From: a virus
Lineage: Duplodnaviria; Heunggongvirae; Uroviricota; Caudoviricetes
IMG/VR virus record: IMGVR_UViG_2582580962_000008
Length of the DNA stretch: 4,436 nucleotides
Reading direction: 5' to 3' (one strand)
Shown piece after piece: positions 1 to 4,436 of this stretch. A program made the position numbers and the translations under genes. Position 1 is the first letter of the stretch. Each line of letters opens with the position of its first letter. A model generated the notes under the pieces. The model was not told the origin of the DNA. It did not search any database and was given only the letters and a program-made list of their open reading frames with translations.

Positions 1-1
1 A

Positions 2-220
2 GAGCAAGTGGCTGATTGTTACCGTCTGCGATGGCAAATTGAACTGGCTTTTAAGCGGCTCAAAAGTTTGCTGCACCTGGATGCTTTGCGTGCAAAGGAA
101 CCTGAACTCGCGAAAGCGTGGATATTTGCTAATCTACTCGCCGCATTTTTAATTGACGACATAATCCAGCCATCGCTGGATTTCCCCCCCAGAAGTGCCG
201 GATCCGAAAAGAAGAACTAA
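2..220 (+). CDS. insL: IS4-family transposase (IS186 InsL-like), C-terminal fragment; the 5' end is outside the window
   Basis: Frame is open from the window edge to TAA at 218-220. The translation ...VADCYRLRWQIELAFKRLKSLLHLDALRA... carries the Y-x2-R-x3-E-x6-K motif typical of IS4-family DDE transposases. The IS186 terminal repeat lies about 150 bp downstream. Confidence 0.8.
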   Translation, partial: EQVADCYRLRWQIELAFKRLKSLLHLDALRAKEPELAKAWIFANLLAAFLIDDIIQPSLDFPPRSAGSEKKN

Positions 221-368
221 CTCGTTGTGGAGAATAACAAAAATGGTCATCTGGAGCTTACAGGTGGCCATTCGTGGGACAGTATCCCTGACAGCCTACA
301 AAACGCAATTGAAGAACGCGAGGCATCGTCTTAACGAGGCACCGAGGCGTCGCATTCTTCAGATGGTT

Positions 369-391
369 CAACCCTTAAGTTAGCGCTTATG
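369..391. repeat. Right terminal inverted repeat of IS186 (23 bp)
   Basis: CAACCCTTAAGTTAGCGCTTATG is the reverse complement of CATAAGCGCTAACTTAAGGGTTG, the IS186 terminal sequence as I remember it. It is followed immediately by a GGG-TAAA-CCCC target-like sequence. Confidence 0.65.
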
Positions 392-630
392 GGGTAAACC
401 CCGAAACCATGCTGGAAGGTGTGAAACGCTACGCGGGCTGGGTATCTGCGATGGGCAATAGCGGCACACAATTTGTGAAACAGGCTGTCACGTTCTTTGG
501 TCCGGATCGTCATTTCGAAGAATCCTGGGAAGTTCCTGCGGTATCTGCAGCCAGACGCGAGGACCCGTACTTCAAAGCCAGTTACGACAACGTGGACTAC
601 AGCCAGATCCCGACAGGATTCAGGGGGTGA
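392..630 (+). pseudogene. Probable 3' remnant of a phage ORF interrupted by the IS186 insertion (hypothetical protein, C-terminal ~79 codons)
   Basis: Frame 1 is open from inside the IS end to TGA at 628-630. No convincing RBS precedes the internal ATG at 409. The stop overlaps the RBS and start of the next gene (GGGGGTGATCATG), a sign of a once-functional coupled gene. The translation (...GWVSAMGNSGTQFVKQAVTFFGPDRHFEESWEVP...YFKASYDNVDYSQIPTGFRG) matches no family I can name. Confidence 0.4.
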
Positions 631-632
631 TC

Positions 633-1121
633 ATGAGTCTGATGAACGATGTACAGAAATTCATTGAAGCCCATCCGGGGTGTACTTCAGGTGACATTGC
701 GGATGCTTTTGCTGGTTACTCACGACAGTGCGTTCTGCAGTCAGCAAGCAAGTTACGTCAGAGTGGCCGTGTGGCTCACTGTTGTGAAGGGAAAACACGC
801 AGACATTTCCCACACCAGGCTGAGATATCGCAGGAGGAGAAACTGCAACCTGTTCTTGAAACCATACCTGTGCGCAATTTCTATGTCGGCACTAACGATC
901 CCCGGGTGATTTTGTGCCTGACCCGCCAGGCGGAAGAACTGGAGTCCAGGGGCTTATACCGTCGTGCTGCAACCGTGTGGATGGCGGCATTCCGTGAAAG
1001 CCACTCCCAGCCAGAACGAAACAATTTTCTGGCGCGTCGTGAGCGGTGCTTACGGAAAAGCAGAAAGCGCGCTGTAGCGGGTGATGAGTGGTATCTGTCA
1101 GGGAATTACGTGGGGGCTTAA
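633..1121 (+). CDS. PerC-like transcriptional regulator family protein with an N-terminal extension (about 162 aa)
   Basis: ATG at 633 follows a GGGGG RBS (623-627); the track start at 627 is a GTG inside that RBS. The C-terminal half carries a PerC/Pch-type motif (AEELESRGLYRRAATVWMAAF), matched from memory against EPEC PerC and EHEC Pch proteins. The stop TAA at 1119-1121 overlaps the next start (TAATG). Confidence 0.55.
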   Translation: MSLMNDVQKFIEAHPGCTSGDIADAFAGYSRQCVLQSASKLRQSGRVAHCCEGKTRRHFPHQAEISQEEKLQPVLETIPVRNFYVGTNDPRVILCLTRQAEELESRGLYRRAATVWMAAFRESHSQPERNNFLARRERCLRKSRKRAVAGDEWYLSGNYVGA

Positions 1122-1774
1122 TGAGTAATAAATATTGCCAGGCGCTGGTGGAACTACGGAACAAACCAGCCCATGAACTGAAGGAAGTGGGCGATCAGTG
1201 GCGCACGCCGGACAACATTTTCTGGGGAATTAACACCCTGTTTGGCCCGTTTGTTCTGGATCTGTTTACTGACGGTGATAACGCCAAATGTGCCGCGTAT
1301 TACACGGCGGAAGACAACGCGCTGGCACATGACTGGTCAGAACGTCTTGCGGAGCTTAAAGGTGCTGCCTTTGGTAATCCCCCGTACAGCCGCGCCAGTC
1401 AGCATGAGGGACAATACATCACCGGCATGCGTTACATCATGAAGCATGCCAGTGCCATGCGTGATAAAGGCGGGCGCTATGTTTTCCTGATCAAAGCGGC
1501 CACCAGCGAAGTGTGGTGGCCGGAAGATGCAGATCATATTGCTTTTATTCGCGGGCGTATTGGTTTTGAACTGCCAGCCTGGTTTATCCCGAAAGACGAA
1601 AAGCAGGTGCCAACAGGTGCTTTCTTCGCTGGTGCTATTGCTGTTTTCGACAAGACCTGGAAGGGAGCGGCAATCAGCTACATCGGGCGCGATGAACTTG
1701 AGGCATGTGGTGAGGCATTTCTGGCGCAGGTTCGCCAGCAGGCGGAAAAACTGGTCAGGGAGATGGCGGCATGA
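1121..1774 (+). CDS. Phage Dam-family DNA N6-adenine methyltransferase (orphan)
   Basis: ATG at 1121 is preceded by a GGGGG RBS (1112-1116) and overlaps the upstream stop; the track start at 1088 is an upstream GTG. The protein has the (D/N)PPY catalytic motif of N6-adenine methyltransferases (AAFGNPPYS) and an N-terminal WRTPDNIFWG...FVLDLFTDGDNAKC region typical of the phage Dam family. The stop overlaps the next start (ATGA at 1771-1774). Confidence 0.85.
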   Translation: MSNKYCQALVELRNKPAHELKEVGDQWRTPDNIFWGINTLFGPFVLDLFTDGDNAKCAAYYTAEDNALAHDWSERLAELKGAAFGNPPYSRASQHEGQYITGMRYIMKHASAMRDKGGRYVFLIKAATSEVWWPEDADHIAFIRGRIGFELPAWFIPKDEKQVPTGAFFAGAIAVFDKTWKGAAISYIGRDELEACGEAFLAQVRQQAEKLVREMAA

Positions 1775-2097
1775 CGACATTAACTCAATGCCAGCAGCAG
1801 GTGCTGGATATGCTGATTTCTTATCAGAAAGAACGTGGCTTCCCGCCAACCAATCAGGAGGTGGCAACCATGCTGGGATACCGTTCGGTGAATGCAGCGG
1901 TGGAGCATCTTCGCGCACTGGAGAAAAAAGGTGTCATCACGATAAAGCGTGGCGTGGCCCGGGGTATCACTCTTCATACCGCGGTGAAGGACGACGACAG
2001 CGAGGCGGTCGGGATTATCCGCGCCCTGCTTGCCGGTGAGGCAAACGCCAGGCTGCGTGCAGCCCACTGGTTACATGAGAGGGGCCTGAAAGTATGA
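1771..2097 (+). CDS. LexA-like protein consisting of the N-terminal winged-helix DNA-binding domain only (108 aa; no S24 peptidase domain)
   Basis: A GGGAG RBS (1758-1762) precedes the ATG. The protein aligns by eye over about 65 residues with the E. coli LexA N-terminus (LTxxQQxVxDxI...GxPPTxxExAxxLGxRSxNAAxEHLxALxKKGVIxIxxGxxRGIxL), including the RS-NAA-EHL recognition-helix region. It ends about 40 residues after the DNA-binding domain with a LexA hinge-like LLAGEANA segment and no Ser/Lys catalytic core. The stop overlaps the rusA start (ATGA). Confidence 0.85.
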   Translation: MTTLTQCQQQVLDMLISYQKERGFPPTNQEVATMLGYRSVNAAVEHLRALEKKGVITIKRGVARGITLHTAVKDDDSEAVGIIRALLAGEANARLRAAHWLHERGLKV

Positions 2098-2489
2098 AGC
2101 TAATACTGCCTTTTCCGCCCAGCGTGAACACGTACTGGCGACACCCCAACAAAGGGGCGTTTGCTGGTAAGAGCCTGATAAGCGCGGCGGGGCGAAAATT
2201 CCAGAGCGCGGCGTGTGCAGCAATAGTTGAGCAGTTACGTCGTCTGCCGAAACCAACGTCGGCACCTGCTTCAGTGGAGATCGTGTTGTTTCCTCCGGAT
2301 AACCGGATCCGCGATCTGGACAACTATAACAAGGCGCTGTTTGACGCCCTGACCCACGCGGGTGTGTGGGAAGACGACAGCCAGGTGAAAAGAATGCTGG
2401 TGGAGTGGGGACCGGTTATCCCGGAAGGGAAGGTCGAGATCACTATCAGTAAGTACGAAAAAGCGAGTTGCAAATTAGCAACTCGGTAA
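2094..2489 (+). CDS. rusA: RusA-family Holliday junction resolvase (crossover junction endodeoxyribonuclease)
   Basis: The N-terminal LPFPPSVNTYWRH matches the RusA LPWPPSxNxYYRH motif. The catalytic block RDLDNYNKALFDALTHAGVWEDDSQV corresponds to E. coli RusA D70/D72/K76/D91 ([28 protein letters not shown]). ATG at 2094 overlaps the upstream stop; TAA at 2487-2489. Confidence 0.9.
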   Translation: MKLILPFPPSVNTYWRHPNKGAFAGKSLISAAGRKFQSAACAAIVEQLRRLPKPTSAPASVEIVLFPPDNRIRDLDNYNKALFDALTHAGVWEDDSQVKRMLVEWGPVIPEGKVEITISKYEKASCKLATR

Positions 2490-2534
2490 CGGAATTGAGC
2501 AACACCCTAAATTTGGGTATTACCTCGTTAAAGA

Positions 2535-2554
2535 TACTGTATTTATGAACAGTG
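2535..2554. promoter_or_regulatory. LexA (SOS) box-like operator: TACTGTATTTATGAACAGTG
   Basis: CTGT-N8-ACAG with an AT-rich spacer, matching the E. coli SOS box consensus TACTGTATATATATACAGTA at 16 of 20 positions, with both CTGT/ACAG half-sites intact. This is the only CTGT-N8-ACAG in the window. It sits in the intergenic region 98 bp upstream of the KilA-N gene start and directly abuts a -35-like TTGATA. Confidence 0.6.
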
Positions 2555-2559
2555 TATCC

Positions 2560-2588
2560 TTGATAACTATTAAAAATCGCAGTAAGTT
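2560..2588 (+). promoter_or_regulatory. Putative sigma70 promoter for the KilA-N/DUF968 genes (-35 TTGATA at 2560-2565, 17-bp spacer, weak -10 TAAGTT at 2583-2588)
   Basis: The -35 is a 5/6 match to TTGACA and the -10 only a 3/6 match to TATAAT. Placement is tentative; the promoter could equally overlap the SOS box itself. Confidence 0.25.
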
Positions 2589-2651
2589 CATCCTGCATCA
2601 ACGAAAAGGGAGTGCAGTCCCGCTCGTGGATAAAAATTTGTGGAGAAACCA

Positions 2652-3467
2652 ATGAATCAGTTGCTTGTAATTGATGGCGTTTCTGTGCGCCAGTACTTCG
2701 AATCTAACTACTGTCTTAACGACCTTCAGAAAGCTGCTCTTCTTGCCGCTGGTGAGAATCGCTCCTCCCGTTCGCTGGAAGTTCACGAGTTTATGCGTCG
2801 TCCTGAAACGAAGGCTCTTGTGGAATTATTGGAAGAAGAAACTACGGGAGATTCCCGTAGTATTCCTGTCATCACCATTCAGGGGCGCAATGGTGGGACG
2901 TATGTCTGTAAAGAGCTGGTCTATGCATATGCAATGTGGATCAGCCCGGCATTCAGCTTAAAAGTGATACGTACTTTTGATGCGCTTCATAATTCATCAC
3001 CAGAAGAAACCACATCCGACAAAATTAAATCCGGGGTCATTCTGCTTGAATCAGCAGCAAAGACTCTAAATCTGTCAAACTCCTCGAAACTTGGTGCATA
3101 CCAGAAATTATCAAAGGTAGCTGGTCTTCCTGAACTTATGCCGATCTATGCCATTGATGCACCTGCTGATGCGCCAGATGGTTCAAGCCGCCCTACGCTG
3201 TCGCTGAGTGCACTGCTGAAGCAGTATGGTATCCGCCTGACGGCTAATCAGGCATATCACCAGATGGCGAAGCTGGGGATCGTTGAACAACGCGAACGAT
3301 ACAGCCGTACCGCGATTAACAACATCAAAAAATTCTGGTCGCTGACAGCGAAAGGCTGCATGTTCGGCAAGAACATCACCAGTCCTGCAAATCCGCGCGA
3401 GACGCAGCCGCATTTCTTCGAATCCCGATTCCCTGAGCTGTTAAAGCTGCTCGATACCGTTCATTGA
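2652..3467 (+). CDS. KilA-N domain protein (antirepressor-like or Roi-like DNA-binding protein; C-terminal domain uncharacterised)
   Basis: ATG at 2652 follows a GGAG RBS (2642-2645) with a 6-nt spacer; the track start at 2640 is a GTG overlapping that RBS. The N-terminal domain has the KilA-N hallmark block GTYVCKELVYAYAMWISPAFSLKVI (family pattern GTWVHPxLAxxFAxWLSPxF) and the upstream YCLNDLQKAA segment. The stop TGA at 3465-3467 overlaps the RBS of the next gene. Confidence 0.8.
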   Translation: MNQLLVIDGVSVRQYFESNYCLNDLQKAALLAAGENRSSRSLEVHEFMRRPETKALVELLEEETTGDSRSIPVITIQGRNGGTYVCKELVYAYAMWISPAFSLKVIRTFDALHNSSPEETTSDKIKSGVILLESAAKTLNLSNSSKLGAYQKLSKVAGLPELMPIYAIDAPADAPDGSSRPTLSLSALLKQYGIRLTANQAYHQMAKLGIVEQRERYSRTAINNIKKFWSLTAKGCMFGKNITSPANPRETQPHFFESRFPELLKLLDTVH

Positions 3468-3474
3468 GGTGACC

Positions 3475-4436
3475 GTGAGAGCACTACTGACCCCTGAAAT
3501 TGCCCCGCGTATGGGGATCGTATTGTTCAGACCAGGTTCAGAGCTGATGCCCCTGTTTATGCAGGGGCGTGTCCTGCTGGAGCCTGAGCCGGAGCGTTAT
3601 TCATCTTTCGCCAGTGGTGCCGTTCCGGCGGCATCACAACCGCTGGCGGATGATCCTGCCGTTCGGGCCGTGTTCCGCAATGAGGCAGTGATCCGTCGTG
3701 CTGGTGGCGTGGAATGTCTTGAAAGCTGGTTACTTCGTGAAAAAGGCTGCCAGTGGCCTCATTCCGACTGGCACAGCGAGAACATGACCACAATGCGACA
3801 CGCTCCGGGTGCAATCCGTCTGTGCTGGCACTGCGATAATCAGCTGCGCGATCAGTTCACGGAACGGCTGGAATCAATGGCAACGGATAACTGTGCCCGC
3901 TGGGTGTTGTCTGTTGTGCGTCGGGATCTCGGTTTTGATGACAGTCACGTTGTGACAATGCCGGAACTGTGCTGGTGGCTGATTCGTAATGATCTGGCGG
4001 ATGCCTTACCGGAAAGTGCAGCCCGTAAGGCCCTGAGATTACCGAAGCCTGTTGTGCCGTCTGTCACCCGGGAAAGTGACCTTGTGCCTTCGGTTACTGC
4101 CACCAGCATCATCCAGGATAAGGCGAAAAAGGTGCTGGCGCTGAAAGTGGATCCGGAGTCGCCGGAGTCTTTTATGTTACGCCCAAAACGTCGTCGCTGG
4201 GTTAATGAAAAGTACACGCGCTGGGTTAAGACGCAGCCGTGTGCATGTTGTGGTAAGCCAGCCGACGATCCTCATCACCTGATTGGTCATGGTCAGGGTG
4301 GAATGGGTACAAAAGCGCATGACCTTTTTGTGTTGCCTTTGTGCAGAAAACACCATGACGAACTGCATGCGGATACCGTGGCATTTGAAGAGAAGTATGG
4401 TTCCCAACTGGAGCTGATATTTCGTTTTATCGATCG
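3475..4436 (+). CDS. DUF968-like prophage protein with a C-terminal Cys/His (HNH-like or zinc-binding) cluster; the 3' end is outside the window
   Basis: An uninterrupted frame-1 ORF runs from GTG at 3475 (GAGG RBS at 3466-3469, 5-nt spacer) to the window end, about 320 codons. It is absent from the track because no stop falls within the window. The C-terminal region CACCGKPADDPHHLIGHGQGGMGTKAHDLFVLPLCRKHHDELH is the conserved DUF968-type Cys/His block as I recall it (K-12 Qin YdfU is the family member I have in mind). The start codon choice (3469, 3475 or ATG 3511) is uncertain. Confidence 0.8.
   Translation, partial: MRALLTPEIAPRMGIVLFRPGSELMPLFMQGRVLLEPEPERYSSFASGAVPAASQPLADDPAVRAVFRNEAVIRRAGGVECLESWLLREKGCQWPHSDWHSENMTTMRHAPGAIRLCWHCDNQLRDQFTERLESMATDNCARWVLSVVRRDLGFDDSHVVTMPELCWWLIRNDLADALPESAARKALRLPKPVVPSVTRESDLVPSVTATSIIQDKAKKVLALKVDPESPESFMLRPKRRRWVNEKYTRWVKTQPCACCGKPADDPHHLIGHGQGGMGTKAHDLFVLPLCRKHHDELHADTVAFEEKYGSQLELIFRFID

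Larger units (their letters stand above)
1..391 (+). mobile_element. 3' portion of an IS186-like insertion sequence (IS4 family); the left part lies upstream of the window
   Basis: Transposase C-terminus with an IS4-family YREK signature (YRLRWQIELAFKRLK) ends at 220. Positions 369-391 (CAACCCTTAAGTTAGCGCTTATG) are the reverse complement of the terminal sequence CATAAGCGCTAACTTAAGGGTTG that I recall as the IS186 inverted repeat. Flanking DNA starts with a G-run/C-run (GGGTAAACCCC), the target type reported for IS186. Family call is firm; exact IS186 identity is from memory. Confidence 0.7.

Noticed and set aside
195-383. 62-aa + strand ORF overlapping the transposase stop and running through the IS186 3' end
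   Set aside because: It lies entirely within the IS terminal region, overlaps the transposase 3' end out of frame, has no convincing RBS, and IS186 is known to encode only its transposase.
331-513. 60-aa - strand ORF spanning the IS/phage junction
   Set aside because: It crosses the insertion junction antisense to the coupled + strand reading frame, so it is most likely a chance ORF.
649-1164. Alternative-frame ORFs (649-909 +, 892-1164 -) overlapping the PerC-like gene
   Set aside because: Shadow ORFs in GC-rich coding sequence. The PerC-like frame has the RBS, the coupled junctions and the recognisable motif.
1242-2067. ORFs 1242-1442 +, 1337-1918 -, 1527-2039 + and 1780-2067 - overlapping the Dam and LexA-like genes
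   Set aside because: They overlap ORFs that have clear family signatures (NPPY motif, LexA DNA-binding domain). Their translations are low-complexity and Arg/Gly/Pro-rich, typical of out-of-frame reading of GC-rich genes.
2015-2323. Minus-strand ORFs (2015-2323, 2071-2265) antisense to rusA
   Set aside because: They are antisense to a confidently identified RusA gene and have no family signal.
2464-2530. Rho-independent terminator after rusA (hairpin 2464-2485; weak ACCC/GGGT inverted repeat at 2503-2517)
   Set aside because: Neither stem is followed by a U-rich tract and the first lies inside the coding sequence, so I did not call a terminator.
627-2651. Track start codons GTG 627, GTG 1088 and GTG 2640
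   Set aside because: In each case a downstream ATG (633, 1121, 2652) has a well-spaced Shine-Dalgarno sequence, and the GTG lies inside or upstream of that RBS. The longer N-termini are artefacts of taking the most upstream start.
2446-2961. ORFs 2446-2652 -, 2598-2786 - and 2671-2961 + around the intergenic region and KilA-N gene
   Set aside because: They overlap the promoter/SOS-box region or the KilA-N coding frame, which has the RBS and a recognisable domain. None has a plausible start context.
3183-3413. 76-aa - strand ORF inside the KilA-N gene
   Set aside because: It is antisense to the KilA-N coding frame and has no recognisable motif.
3557-4407. Three - strand ORFs (3557-3814, 3945-4217, 4177-4407) listed by the track
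   Set aside because: All are antisense to the uninterrupted + strand DUF968-like ORF (3475 to window end), which carries the conserved Cys/His block. The track shows them only because the real ORF has no stop in the window.
1-4436. tRNA, rRNA or CRISPR array
   Set aside because: No direct-repeat/spacer periodicity, no tRNA-like cloverleaf candidates, and no rRNA-like conserved stretches were seen. Coding density on the + strand accounts for nearly the whole window.

Overview
This window reads as an early/nin-type region of a lambdoid prophage from E. coli or Shigella, entered from the left by the 3' end of an IS186 (IS4-family) insertion sequence. All calls are from reading the sequence and remembered family signatures; no database search was run. 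Everything supported is on the + strand. The IS186 transposase C-terminus (to 220) and right terminal inverted repeat (369-391) abut a G-run/C-run target (GGGGTAAACCCC), leaving a probable 3' remnant of a disrupted phage ORF (392-630). A translationally coupled four-gene block follows: PerC-like regulator (633-1121), phage Dam-family N6-adenine methyltransferase (1121-1774), a LexA-like protein with only the DNA-binding domain (1771-2097), and RusA Holliday-junction resolvase (2094-2489). After an AT-rich intergenic region carrying a near-consensus LexA/SOS box (2535-2554) come a KilA-N domain protein (2652-3467) and a DUF968-like protein with a C-terminal Cys/His cluster (3475 to beyond the window end). 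The DUF968 ORF is missing from the supplied track because it has no stop inside the window. The most interesting candidate is a possible SOS-controlled module: one SOS box in front of the KilA-N/DUF968 pair, immediately downstream of a phage-encoded, apparently non-cleavable LexA paralog. That link is a hypothesis, not a demonstrated system. No tRNA, rRNA or CRISPR array was seen.
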